DNA from: Eledone cirrhosa
Taxonomy: Eukaryota
Direction: 5' to 3'
Length of the DNA stretch: 64,000 nucleotides
NCBI GenBank assembly: GCA_964016885.1
Contig: OZ024743.1
Coordinates: 66,402,001-66,466,000, forward strand
Translations under genes and position numbers: made by a program
The notes under the pieces: model-generated
The model's input: the letters and a program-made list of their open reading frames with translations, nothing else
Databases searched by the model: none
What the model was told of the DNA's origin: nothing
In this document: positions 1-15,623 of the stretch, piece after piece
Position numbering within the stretch: position 1 is the first letter of the stretch
Layout: each line of letters starts with the position of its first letter

Positions 1-287
1 GAGCGTGGAGTACAATTACACGCAAAGACAAAACCACGTAAATGGTATAACTGAAGTCGTAGACTAAAATTTTATTTTGGAAACCGAATGATTCTCGGCT
101 TCAGAGTTAAGAATAAAGTAAATAAAATACAGAGGTTATTGAAATTAAATATATACATACACGTATCCAAATACGTACGACCTTTTTTGAAATATTTACT
201 TCTGCGTTCACAGATTGACTTTTTTAGTTTAAGAAGATCCCGTTAAGGGTGAAAGCAGCGATTCTTTGCTTAAACTTTAATCTGTTA

Positions 288-292
<5 letters not shown>
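1..292. mobile_element. Penelope-like element 3' region fragment (family A; minus strand 1-180) plus inverted arm (184-292)
   Basis: 1-180 matches 42345-42520 and the reverse complement of ~6170-6320. 184-292 matches 6430-6542 and 43275-43383. It ends in a (TA)n tract. Confidence 0.8.
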
Positions 293-352
<60 letters not shown>

Positions 353-1140
353 TGGAGTTTACCAATATATGTTCTGGTATAGAAGCTCATTGTTAATCAG
401 TATCCTTGGTCAATCAGTAATCCAAAAGGCTGGATTATTTTTCAACCTCCGCGGGCTACATTATGGACTGTTATTGCACGAACTGCACAGCTCAACATTT
501 TAATAAAATAACAATGAATAACCAGTTAAGATTTACAACATTATTTTACTCTACGAAAGTTTCAATGCAGGAGGGCGGGCCGTGTCTCATTTAAACACTA
601 TATAATTATATTTTATAATGCAGAAATGCCTTTGTTCTTTTGACCAAAATATTCAAGAGAGACTTTGTGAGGCTCGGTTGAGGCACCGCTCTGGCCTGGG
701 TGTGGGGTCTGTCACCCATGCCTCATTCCCCTTCCCCATTCTTTCTTCCTTTGCCTGGTGATCCTTGCTCTTCCTTTCCTTGTCCTCTCATTTGAATCAT
801 GTGTGGTTCTTTTCAGTGGAGCTTTCTTTTCCTGTATCGTTAATCAAAAACAATTTCAATAGTTAAAAATAAAAATAAAAATAAAAACATTTAATACGTA
901 AGAAGAGTTGGGACATTGCCCGTGAAAATGGACGCAGGGGCAAATCTATAATCTTAATGAAGAGACTAGCGGCATTTAGTGGGTTCGAGTCGGGTTGTCA
1001 TTGATAGTGTAAAGGAGTTGAAGTAGAAAATTTAACAGATGTACTATACCAGCAATTTATCATATACATAATAGAAACAAACTTAACAATTGATTAAAGA
1101 TAATAACTAAAGGATAACTTCTCGACAATTTTCATAAATA

Positions 1141-1345
1141 AACGTCGTCGTCTTCTTCTGCTTCTTCTTCTTCTTCTTCTTCTTCTTCTTCTTCTTCTTC
1201 TTCTTCTTCTTCTTCTTCTTCTTCTTCTTCTTCTTCTTCTTCTTCTTCTTCTTCGCCCACCTATTCCTGAGAGGGTCTTAGGGGACAGAGGCCTCAAATA
1301 CACCTTCCAGCGTGTCCTGTCAGAAGCAACCATTGAACTAAATCT
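1141..1345 (-). mobile_element. 5'-truncated RTE-type LINE 3' end with (GAA)n tail
   Basis: Minus-strand peptide ASDRTRWK resembles the RTE C-terminal DRxxW motif and is followed by a (GAA)n tract (1150-1254). Confidence 0.5.
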
Positions 1346-1794
1346 TATAAACATGTTTCTTTACATATCTGGAAGATTAAAGATTATGCCACTCTCATGA
1401 GATCAAATATAATAGAAAACTATTGTTTTGTTCTTTGAATATAATGTTTATATTATTATTACTTTCTTTTATATGTATTTTATAGTTGTTGTTGTTTTGT
1501 TTGCATCCTATTTTCAATAAATGCCACAATTTACGTCGGATGTGTGTAATATAGTGTTGAAGGGGATTAATAGCGTAAATAGCTTCCATTGATATATTTC
1601 TATTAGTCTGTTTCACTGGGCTTTCTTTCCTTCTTTATTATCTCATACTTTCCTTCTTCTTCTTCTTCTTCTTCTTCTTCTTCTTCTTCTTCTTCTTCTT
1701 CTTCTTCATTATCTTCTATACTTCTTTTTCTTTTTTTTCTTCTTTTTTTTCTTTTCTCTCTTTATTTCTTTGTTTATCTTCTTATATTTTTCTT

Positions 1795-1852
<58 letters not shown>

Positions 1853-1968
1853 CACACACACACATATATATATATATACACACATATATATATATACACA
1901 CACATATATATATATACACACATATATATATATACATATATACATATATGCACACACACATATATATA

Positions 1969-2012
<44 letters not shown>

Positions 2013-2134
2013 CACACACACACACATATATATATATATACACTTATACACACACACACACATATATATATATACACACACACACATATACACACACTCA
2101 CACACATATATATATATATATATATATGTATATA

Positions 2135-2370
2135 TGGTGGCTGCCAACTCGTTTTCGAGTACGGCCACTACTTTATATCCATGTAGGAGAACCCCTACTG
2201 ATGCGCTGAACGAGTGTGACTTTTTAGTCCAGCCAGCGACTTGAAAGCTCTGGTACAAACACTACACTTGTGACAATTATTGACACATAGTGCTGGGCCC
2301 ATGGTACCATGTGACGACAAATGCAGTGAGATCTCCAGATATAAAGCAATGCCTGTGCCGTGAAGCTTTT
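2135..2370 (+). repeat. ~235-bp interspersed element next to a TA/CA tract (second copy at 44941-45173, opposite strand)
   Basis: Near-identical reverse-complement copy 43 kb away with the same ends. No protein homology recognised. Confidence 0.85.
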
Positions 2371-2479
2371 ATAGTGAGCAAAGGCACTGCACAAAGCCAG
2401 TCCCACTCTCTTAACCAAGATGATATTTACCAAAAAGAAGAACAAGTCAACATCATTGGATACCATCAGGGTTGCAGGT

Positions 2480-2743
2480 GTTATATCAGAGTTTTCCTTC
2501 TCCTAGAATTCTGCCTTGACAAAGGCTAAGGGATCATCTCTCCCGGTGATTTTGGATGGGCATTGACTCTTAAGAGCTCCTTTGCCTTTTGACAGGTTTT
2601 GTTTTTAGTCCTGCAGGATGTCCAAAGTCACCCTCCTCACCAAGAAACCTTGGTGGGGTTGCCAGTTTAGTCGCCAACGACCCGACCATGGGACAGGTTG
2701 TACTGGAATACATGTTACCAGTAGCACCAACTGGTGACCTGAC
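2480..2743 (-). mobile_element. Possible RTE-clade LINE 5'UTR fragment
   Basis: gttttccttctcctag...tgccttgacaaaggct resembles RTE 5'UTR motifs as I recall them; abuts a TA tract. Confidence 0.35.
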
Positions 2744-2921
2744 ATATGTATATATATATATATACATACATACGCAATACTATTCTAAAGAATGAAAAGA
2801 AAACAAAATCCCACAATGCAGATATGGATGGTATATAAATAGACTGGAGTGTACTGAATGAAAGGTATGGAAGTAGTTGGTAATATGTAATAGCTAACAA
2901 TAGCTACATATAACAACACTT

Positions 2922-2958
<37 letters not shown>

Positions 2959-3185
2959 AGAAGAAGAAGAAGAAGAAGAAGAAGAAGAAGAAGAAGAAGA
3001 AGAAGAAGAAGAAGAAGAAGAACAGCAACAACAATAACTGCAATAATAACAACACAACAATATCATGAACAACAACAACCAGAGCAATTTCTACATGACA
3101 AAAAACAATACGGGTTTATTTTACTACAAGGCTATTAAAAACAAATTACAGTATTCTGTTATATAGTTCAAATATTTGTATTATG

Positions 3186-3308
<123 letters not shown>

Positions 3309-3371
3309 AAAGCTAAAACAGCATAATTAATAGTAATTGCACAAAGACTACAACTATTATATCCATAACAC

Positions 3372-3406
<35 letters not shown>

Positions 3407-3467
3407 GCTACTACTACTGCTACTACTACTACTATTATTCTTATTATTATTGTTATTGTTATTATTG

Positions 3468-3620
3468 CGTCCATTTACCTTCTGAGTTCAAATCCCGCCG
3501 ATATTATCTTTGCCCTTTCATCCTTACTGTATCGATAAAATAAAGTACCAGTAATGTACTAGGGTCGATTTTCCCTTTCCTTCAAATTGCTGGCCTTGTG
3601 TCTAAATCAGAAACTATTAT
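3468..3620 (+). mobile_element. tRNA-derived SINE, 5'-truncated
   Basis: B box gagttcaaatcc, conserved central block ctttcatcctt...gataaaataaagtaccag, tail ggccttgtg...gaaac. Confidence 0.85.
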
Positions 3621-3848
3621 TATTATTTTCAACTTAACTGCACCTGCGACTGTAATATTACCGGGATCCTTATAAATAGTAAAACTCTTATTAATAATAC
3701 TGTTGTTGTTGTTTCTATTAGTATTAAAAGTCTTATTATGTATAAGGACCCCAGTCATTATAGTTGCAAAAGTAGGTGCAGCTAAATTGAAAATAACAAC
3801 AACAACAACAACAACAGCTCAATAAACGAAAGCAAGAAGCAAAAAACG

Positions 3849-3923
<75 letters not shown>

Positions 3924-3977
3924 TTATATATATAAATATATATATATAAATATATATATATAAATATATATATATAT

Positions 3978-4378
3978 AATTAGAATTGGTGCTCTGAAAT
4001 AGCGATTTATATATTAATGTATATATAGTGTATTTTGCAATACAATGTATGCTTAATTAAAAGCATTTCGAAGACCTTATGCTATTGTTTTAGAGTTGTG
4101 ACAGTCTCACTTACTTTAATTTTCAGCAAACAGGGGAGATAAAGCTGACAGAGCTCTGTTTCGCATTTGTTTATACTTATCAAAGCTAACCACTACTCCT
4201 GTTTGCTGAAAATTATGAATGTTTGATTCTTATAGAATTTTTAGTAATAATCAGGAACTGATTATACAGAGCGGTTGCCGGTCAAGCAGAAATTGAAAAT
4301 TAGAATTGGTGCTCTGAAGAATTCTATAAGAATCAAACATTCATAATTTTCAGCAAACAGGAGTAGTGGTTAGCTTTG

Positions 4379-4380
<2 letters not shown>
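3978..4380 (-). mobile_element. ~320-nt non-coding HHR-bearing unit with terminal direct repeat and inverted arm (retrozyme/PLE-derived)
   Basis: 21-bp direct repeat at 3978-3998 and 4298-4318. Inverted arm 4319-4378 vs 4181-4238. HHR at 4143-4187. Flanked by (TA)n. Confidence 0.7.
4143..4187 (-). ncRNA. Type I hammerhead ribozyme, core degenerate in this copy
   Basis: agct-TTGATAA-GTAT(aaacaa)ATGC-GAAAC-AGAGCTCT-GTC-agct. Stem I is extended by ~18 bp (4117-4139 vs 4196-4215). The homolog at 15617 has intact CTGATGA. Confidence 0.65.
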
Positions 4381-4416
<36 letters not shown>

Positions 4417-4422
<6 letters not shown>

Positions 4423-4830
4423 AATTGTATAAAAGCCAAATATAAATACTTAATGTGACGTCATGTAGGTATCGTAAAGCATAGTATGACATTAAGTATT
4501 TATATTTAGCTTTTATATAATTGTTTGTATACGTATATATATATATATACGTAATATATACAAACATATATAGATACATACATATATATATACACACACA
4601 CGCCCATATATATATTTATATATATATATGTATCAATGATCCTACGTCAACACTAAAGCTGGTGACGTCATGCAGGTATAGTAAAGCATAGTATGACATT
4701 TAGTATTTATATTTAGCTTTTATATAATTGTTTGTATACGTATATATATATACGTAATATATACAAACATATATAGATGCATACATATATATATATACAC
4801 ACACACGCGCTATATATATTTATTTATATA
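4417..4830 (+). repeat. Tandem duplicated short element with inverted arm; third copy inverted at 11221-11401
   Basis: gtgacgtcatg...aaagcatagtatgacatt...aattgtttgtatacg occurs at ~4456 and ~4662. 4417-4456 is the reverse complement of 4488-4527. Confidence 0.75.
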
Positions 4831-4853
4831 TATATATATATATACACACACAG

Positions 4854-4891
<38 letters not shown>

Positions 4892-4896
4892 TTATT

Positions 4897-6955
<2,059 letters not shown>

Positions 6956-7191
6956 AATATATATATAGTATTAAGGATACTATTTATAGTTATGTATATA
7001 CTAAAACTTTTTATAGTTATATATAGAGATTTTAATTTTCTTTTAATATGATTTTAATTTTTGAATGTAAATTGCCATGCTAAAATATTATAAAGCATGT
7101 CACCCCACTGTACATCGATATATACATATGTTTCTGGATGTCTCTTGTGTCGAAAGGAGGTCATGTATGTAAACGATCATTGAAAAAATTT

Positions 7192-7233
7192 CTCCGAAGA
7201 CACAAACCTCGGTTTGGACGAAACAATTGTAAG
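7192..7233 (+). ncRNA. Minimal hammerhead motif (U4->C) followed by AATAAA
   Basis: ct-CCGAAGA-ca-CAAACC tc GGTTTG-gac-GAAAC-AATT-GTA-ag, with palindromic ACAATTGT stem III. Confidence 0.55.
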
Positions 7234-7274
7234 TTAATAAATGGTTTGAACAGAACTTTGATTCATGTGATTTC

Positions 7275-7358
<84 letters not shown>

Positions 7359-7373
7359 TATGTATATATATAT

Positions 7374-7828
7374 AAGGTAGCACAGGCAATCAAAAACCCG
7401 GCTGACGCTGACCTTTTACAACAAGATCTGGATGCCATATATAAATGGGCGGAAGACAACGACATGCAGTTTAATGCTGGCAATTTCCAAGCTCCACAAT
7501 ACAAACTTGCAAACGCAAATACAGTACAACACACTTACGCCGGACTAGGACCGACCGATATCCCCGTGTCGAAATCGATACGAGACCTGGGTATAGATAT
7601 GAGCGATGATGCATCTTTTTCCTCACACATCATGAAAGTGGCAACAATGTGCAGACGACTCGCTGGCTGGACCTTGAGGACTTTCCGAACAAGAGACCGA
7701 GATACCATGTTGACACTATGGAGGACATTTGGCTTAAGCCGCCTGGACTATTGCTCCCACTTGTGGTCACCCCATAGTGTCAAATTAACAATGGAGCTTG
7801 AAGCAATCCAGCGAAGCTACACCAACAG
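7374..7828 (+). mobile_element. CR1-group LINE fragment (RT C-terminal/thumb region)
   Basis: [26 protein letters not shown]...MQFN...RDLGI...RLDYCSHLWSPH. Homologous to the end of the 8150-10318 ORF. Confidence 0.9.
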
Positions 7829-7883
7829 GATGGACATTATTAAAAGATTGTCAACATATTTAGTTTGATGTAAGGAATGTAGA

Positions 7884-7918
<35 letters not shown>

Positions 7919-8149
7919 CTCGTTTACAATTGTTTCGCTACTCCGTATAATATTTCTAGATCAGATGACTATGTATCATAATTGATCTGGTTCAGTTGAA
8001 AATAATTAACATATTTAAAAAAACAGAGTGGCTCATCGGAACTCAAAGGAATATAAATTAAAATAATGTTACATAATATAATGTTCCATATATTAGTTTT
8101 TACTATGCTGCCTTTGTTTCATCAGCTGTCAGCCATAATCAAGCAGTAC

Positions 8150-10318
8150 TCATCTGTTGATATTTGTGTTTGCAGGTTTGTTTGGAGGTTTGTATTGTAG
8201 GGCTTGGAATTTGCCAGCATTAAACTGCATGTTGTTTTCTTCCGCCCATTTGTATATGGCATCCAGATCCTGCTGTAAAAGGGCAGCGTCAGCCGGGTTT
8301 TTGATTGCCTGTGCTACCTTAGTGTCATCAGCATAGCTAGAGAGGGATGTTGTTGTATGTACTACAGAGGGCATGTCTGAGAGAGCCACCAAAAACAGTA
8401 GTGGTGCCAGGACTGTCCCCTGGGGCACCCCACTTGTTATTGGTGTTTCCTTTGAGAGGGCCCCATTTGCTGCGACTGCCTGGCTTCTGTCCCTTAGGAA
8501 GCCATGCAGCCACTCACCTACTTTTCCAGTTATGCCGAGTCCGTGTAGTTTGTGACATATCATTCCGTGGTCGACCTTGTCAAAGGCCTTCGCAAAGTCA
8601 AGATATATCACGTCCACATGTGAGCTGTCTAGTAGCTGTCTCAGTACCCAGTCGTAGTGATGTAGCAGCTGTGTAAGGCAGCTTCTTCCTGGGCGGAAGC
8701 CATGTTGCGTGCTATTCAGGCGGTCATTTTCCTCAAGGAAAGTGATCAGTTTCTTTCTGATGACTCGCTCCATGACCTTACTGATATGTGACGTCAGGGA
8801 GACTGGCCTATAATTTTGGGCCTCCGCTCTGCTACCTCCTTTATGGATAGGGCATATTGTGCCTTCTTTCAGCTCCCTGGGTAGTACACCGCTAGCCAAG
8901 GAGCTTCTGAAGAGCATCTTCAGTGGATTTGCTAAGGCCCGCTTACATATTTTTAAGAGAACTGCTGGGAATCCATCAGGTCCAGCAGCCGAGTCTGTTC
9001 TAATTTCATCAATGGCGTACACCACATCCTCCTCCGTTATGTCTATGTGGTTGATGGTTGCCATTTCTTCATGTAGTGTTGTGGCATCAATGAACTCCTC
9101 TGGCTTCGTTATTTGCATGTGCCTCAGTGGACATATGAACACACTTTTGTACTGTTCGTTCAGTATTTCACATATCTCTTGGGGGTTTTCGGTTAATGAA
9201 CCGTCCGTATGGAAGAGTGGCCCAATCTTGCAGTGTACTGAGGCAGTTTCTTTTGCAAATTTAAAGAAGGCCTTGGGGTTTGTTTTAATGTTTTCTATGG
9301 CCCTGTTCTCTTTCTTTGCTCTCTCATTCTCAGGGGAAAGTTTGAGTGCAATCTCGGTGTCAAGTAGTGCACGTTTCAAATAGGATTCCTTCTTGTTTTT
9401 GTTTTGTTGACTATTCAACTGGTTTGAGAGTTTAGTTCTACGTCTCATAAGGGTTTTCTTATCTCTGGGAATAAGATTTTTGTGTCTGTTTGCCTCTTTC
9501 TCCGGGACAAACTTTTTGCATATAGTGTGTATCGTTGTCATGAAGTGTTGAAATTGTGTGTTAGTGTCTTGTGTGGCGGTGTTTTCACTCCATGTTTGCT
9601 TCCGGATTTCTCTCTTAATCTTTTTCCAGTTAGCCTTGTAGAAGTTAAGGCTGGATAGCGTCCTGGAGCTTCTTGGTGGTTTTGTCTCTGTTGGTTCTCT
9701 TGGACCACATATCATTAGCTCTACTAAGTTATGATCCGAGAGAATTGTTGGTGTCACCTTTACATTGTGGATGAGCACTTCGTTGTTTGTAAAACAGAGG
9801 TCCAGGACATTTTCGCCTCTTGTTGGGAGGAGTATTGCTTGCTCCATGAACAGCCTGTGTGTGAGGGCCAGCAGGGATTCCGTCTGTCTCTGTTCTATTG
9901 ACGTCATTCCAGGGAGGAGGTGGCCCTCAGGCCATTTGACCTTTGGTAGGTTGAAGTCTCCTAGCAGTAGGATGTTGAGACCCTGGTCCAGTTTGTCAAG
10001 GACCTCTTCTATCCTACTTAGGCTATCGGGCGGCCGATATGTGACACATATTACTGTCTGTAGTTGCTTCATATGTATTATCAGTGTGTCACAGACTGAG
10101 TTTGAATGTGTCAACAGTACAATTGGTGTGACATCTTCACGGATATACAGAGCAAACCCACCATGAGTTCTCTCCTTCCTGTCCGAACGAAATACAGTAT
10201 ATTTCGGTATATGTATTTCTGCATCTGCTATACTGCTTGTCAGATGCGTTTCGGTTAGTGCCATGCATAGTGCTTGATTGCTTATGGCTAAGTCTCCGAG
10301 GTAGGAAATTTTACTCAT
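8150..10318 (-). mobile_element. CR1-group LINE ORF2: APE endonuclease + reverse transcriptase, 722-aa open frame, 3'-truncated
   Basis: TETHL, YRPP, GDFN, LDL and SDH (APE); [34 protein letters not shown] and YADD (RT). The C-terminus is missing and the 5' side abuts (TA)n. Confidence 0.95.
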
Positions 10319-10367
10319 GTTACTGAGTGTTATAGATATATATAAATATATATATATATATAGATAG

Positions 10368-10424
<57 letters not shown>

Positions 10425-10457
10425 TATAAATATATATATATATAGATAGATAGATAG

Positions 10458-10488
<31 letters not shown>

Positions 10489-10519
10489 GATATATATAAA
10501 TATATATATATATATATAG

Positions 10520-10564
<45 letters not shown>

Positions 10565-10579
10565 TATATATATATAGAG

Positions 10580-10610
<31 letters not shown>

Positions 10611-10647
10611 GATATATATAAATATATATATATATATAGATAGATAG

Positions 10648-10708
<61 letters not shown>

Positions 10709-10749
10709 TAGATAGATATAAATATATATATATATATATATATAGATAG

Positions 10750-10782
<33 letters not shown>

Positions 10783-10863
10783 GATATATATAAATAGATA
10801 TATATAGATATATATAAATATATATATATATATAGATATATATAAATATATATATATATAGAG

Positions 10864-10894
<31 letters not shown>

Positions 10895-10928
10895 GATATA
10901 TATAAATATATATATAGATAGATAGATG

Positions 10929-11046
<118 letters not shown>

Positions 11047-11089
11047 TATATATATATACATATACATATATATAAATATATATATATAA

Positions 11090-11142
<53 letters not shown>

Positions 11143-11143
11143 A

Positions 11144-11222
<79 letters not shown>

Positions 11223-11685
11223 GCGTGTGTGTGTGTGTGTATCTATATACGTACATATCTATATATGTATGTATACATTACGTATATATATATACGTATA
11301 TAAACAATTATATAAAAGCTAAATATAAATACTAAATGTCATACTATGCTTTACTATACTTACATGACGTCACCAGCTTTAGTGTTGACGTAGATTCATT
11401 GTTGTCGTTGTCGTTTTTGTCATTGCTATTGTCTTTATTATTTCATTTCATTGTTCAAGCATTCACAAAATGCTAGCTGCAGGGTGAAGTTATAAGTGTA
11501 GGGCACAGTTGGGGTAAGCAGGGTGGTTGGGTGACTGTGATGAATGGAGGAGTGAGATTTACGACATGGTTTTGGCGGGAATACCTCAAACAGCGATAAA
11601 TAGTTAAGTAGGCTGTTGACATGAGACATGGAGACATTTTAGTTAAGATAGCAATGTGATTTTATATATATTTATATTTTATATA

Positions 11686-11751
<66 letters not shown>

Positions 11752-11896
11752 TATATTCACACATATTTATATATATATGTACATATACACATATATATGT
11801 ACATATATATATATATACATATATATGTACATATATATATATATACATATATATGTACATATATATATACATATATATATACATATATATATATAC

Positions 11897-11946
<50 letters not shown>

Positions 11947-11986
11947 GTACATATACACATATATATATGTACATATATATATATAC

Positions 11987-12038
<52 letters not shown>

Positions 12039-12130
12039 GTACATATACACATATATATATGTAAATATACACTCATATATACATACAGATATACATATGT
12101 ACATATATATGTATATATGTACATATACAC

Positions 12131-12203
<73 letters not shown>

Positions 12204-12289
12204 TATGTGTATATATATGTATATATATATGTGTATATATATATGTATATATATATGTGTGTGTATATATATATGTACAACACAATCGT

Positions 12290-12703
12290 TACAGTATATG
12301 GAAGGTATATATTAGGTTAAGGCTTGATATAGCAGGAAGAAGGCCTTAGCGTTTTGGACGCTAGTCCTTCATCAGAAGAAAGAATGAGAAATAAAATACA
12401 TGGAGGGGACGGGCGGGTTGGAATTGAAAAAAATGTCTTTAGATAAAAATAACATGTATTGAATATACTAGGGTGGGAGTGAAAAATAGACGGGTGAGAA
12501 GAAGAAGGTGGTGTAAGAATATTGTAATAGAGGAAAAGTGGTAGAGAGTCGTGGATTATTTAAATGCAAGAAGCAAAGAAAATTTCAATGATACGAAAGA
12601 TTTCCTGGTGGAAGTTCAGCTGTACTCCGGGCTGGTATCCAGTTTCGGGGTGAAAGTCCTATCAGAAAATCCAACGAATTTTGAGAGGTTCACGTAAGCG
12701 TTG

Positions 12704-12705
<2 letters not shown>
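12290..12705 (-). mobile_element. PLE pLTR remnant with degenerate minimal HHR (12345-12378); same family as ~61340-61500
   Basis: Reverse complement reads CTGATGA-aGGAC tagc GTCC-AAAAC-GCTAAG and aligns to 61404-61437. Confidence 0.55.
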
Positions 12706-12791
<86 letters not shown>

Positions 12792-12960
12792 AATTACCCC
12801 TTGAGAAGATCGGCCATTTAAATACCAGGATAAATTTTCATTTAGTCCAGAATTAGCCGTCGAAACGGCTTGAGCTCAGCTGTCGGGGTCTTACTGGTTC
12901 CTATATATATATATATATATATTTTTAAAAAAATAGAGGTGTGACACACGAGTTGTAATA

Positions 12961-13762
12961 TATTAGTAAAAAGGATAAGAAAATGCTGGCAAATTTTTCC
13001 CAGTGAAAAATAGTTTAATTAGGAATAAGTATAAATTAGTAATAAGTATTGGTTAGTATTCAGTTTTAGTTTTAAGTTTTTACCAGTCGCGCATTTCTAA
13101 TGCTTTTCAAAAATAATTTTGAGATAGAGCGCTCGTGATGTTTGCTCTAATCTGATCAGTTTTGGAAATTCTTCCTGTTTTATGTGAAAAAAGTGGCCCC
13201 AGAGGTATTATATTTTGGTTGTTGAATGTCACGTGAATAAGTACTAGAAATTTCGCGCCAATTCGTGTTGTAAAAATACTTGTAGTCAAAACAATTTTGA
13301 TTGGTCGGTAGAGGTCACGTGAATGTTAAAAATTGATTTTAGCGCGAACTGGTTTGGCGCCAAATGTAGGTTTGTCGAAGAGTGTCCTTTTTCGTTTGAT
13401 TGAGTTGCAGTGATGTTGAGAAGTCACTGAAAAACATGTCTATTAAGACAAATATGTGTGTGTGTGTGTGTGTGTGTAGTAAAGAGGTTCATTGTTGTGA
13501 TAGTGGTCAGTAGGGATGTGTGTGTGAGTTGCAGTCATGTTGAAAGGTCAACAGTTCAGGTGTCTATTAAGACAAATATGTATGTGTGTGTGTGTGGTTC
13601 GTGGTAGAGGGAATTAATTGGTCAGTAGGAATGTGTGTGTACGTGTGTGTGGGGTATTTTAACATGTTGAAACATATTTTTCAGCTCTTGTCTTATACAG
13701 AGAAGTGTGTGAGTGTGTGTGTGTGTGTGTGTATATGTCTGTTTGTATGTTAGTGTACGCGT

Positions 13763-13816
<54 letters not shown>

Positions 13817-14537
13817 ATGGACCAGTATTTTTGTGATACTGGTAAAAATGGTGTATATCAAAGGTTCTCAACCCATTTTGTCCCTCGAAATCACAAAACG
13901 CCCCCCCCCCCCTACCCTATTTTTCCATTTTTAAATATACTACTGATTTTGATACCAGTAGATTACTGGCCCAAATCAAGTCATCTTAGATTCTTTAAAA
14001 AATACTCGTACGAATTAAATACAAAAAAGTTTCAGTCCAAAACAAAAGCAAGCTATTTCAAATTATATATTTTTGAAATAAAAAAAAACATTTGATCTCA
14101 GTCGAAAAAGCTTCTTTTTTTTTTAAATTCTATATTTCACTGTTAGCTGTTGTAATATTTTGAGTGTATAGACAATTGAAACTGCAAAGTCAAAATACAA
14201 AAGATGCAAAATATAAAGAATTTCTTACCTTTCTCTGAAATCACAAACTCAGGGGAAAAATAGTACCTTGCAAAATAATATACCTCGTAGCAAAATAAGT
14301 AGTAAGTAATGAATTGAGAAGCTTGGTGACTGAGAAAGCAATATTTTTATCCCTTATATATAAACATAGATATACACACACAAACACACACACACACACA
14401 TATATATATACATATACATACACACACACAAACTTGTGTGTGTGTGCCTTGGTACAGAAAGAATTTTGTCTACAGTTTTTATTACCAGGTCAAAGGCCAC
14501 AGCTCTTTTCAACAACGCCAAATAACAACGCTCCACG

Positions 14538-14581
<44 letters not shown>

Positions 14582-14642
14582 AATGAAGAGAGAAAGAGGG
14601 AGGAACAGATAGAGTAAGATATGTGAGTGTGTTTGGTACATG

Positions 14643-14675
<33 letters not shown>

Positions 14676-15157
14676 TTATCTCCAACAGGGGGCTCACACA
14701 TGCGGCCCGCGAACTACTTATCTGTGGCCCGTGGTAGAACCAATATTTCATATAGCATTATAACTGGTGAAAATAAGGCTGGGGGAATCGTTAGCACATC
14801 TGGCGAAATGCTTAACGGTACTTCTACCGACCAATCAAAATTTTTTGATTACAAGAATTTTTGCAACACGAATTGGCGCGAAATTTATAGTACTTATTCA
14901 CGTAACATTCAACAACCAACCAAATCTTAATACCCCTGGAGCCACTTTTTTCACATAAAACAGGAAGAGTTTCCAAAACTGATCAGATTAGAGCAAACAT
15001 CAAGATTATTTTTGAAAAGCATTAGAAATGCCCAACCGGTAAAAACTTAAAACTAAAACTGAATACTAACCAATACTTATTACTAATTTATACTTATTCC
15101 TAATTAAACTATTTTTCACTGGGAAAAATTTGTCAGCATTTTCTTTCCTTTTTACTA

Positions 15158-15160
<3 letters not shown>
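12961..15160. repeat. Pair of ~340-bp inverted repeats (12961-13313 / 14823-15160)
   Basis: tattagtaaaaagg...ttggtcggtaga versus tctaccgaccaa...cctttttactaata; high identity with small indels. Confidence 0.85.
14686..14735 (+). mobile_element. Possible hAT-type MITE end fragment
   Basis: caggg...gcggcccgc...gtggcccg motifs resemble hAT subterminal repeats. No partner end seen. Confidence 0.3.
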
Positions 15161-15251
<91 letters not shown>

Positions 15252-15424
15252 GTATATATATATATATATATACGTATATATATATACGTATATATATATA
15301 TATATATACGTATATATATATACGTATATATATATATATATATATACGTATATATATATATACATATATGTATATATATATGTATATATGTATATATATA
15401 TGTATATATGTATATGTATATATA

Positions 15425-15623
15425 TAAGCATACAGCATATTGCCAAATATACTCTATATACATTCATGTATACATCGCTATTTCAGAGCACCAATTCTAA
15501 TTTTCAATTTTTGCTGGACCGGCAACCGCTCTGTATAATCAGTTCCTGATTATTACTGGAATTCTATAAGAATCCAACATTTATAATTTTCAACAGAGAA
15601 AGGTGAGTACTAAGCTCTGATGA
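15425..15623 (+). mobile_element. Circularly permuted partial copy of the 3978-4318 HHR unit
   Basis: Reads through the junction tatttcagagcaccaattctaatt|ttcaattt and ends at agct-CTGATGA. Confidence 0.75.

Noticed and set aside
1094-1354. Poly-Arg 'protamine-like' ORF
   Set aside because: The Arg run is a (GAA)n LINE tail read out of context.
2660-2743. HDV-like ribozyme at the putative RTE 5' end (ccagt...tcg ttgg cga-ctaa-actgg on the minus strand)
   Set aside because: P2, P4 and J4/2 look plausible but I could not build P1/P3/L3 by eye; needs a covariance-model search.
8347-10166. Plus-strand ORFs of 109-174 aa
   Set aside because: Antisense shadows of the LINE ORF2.
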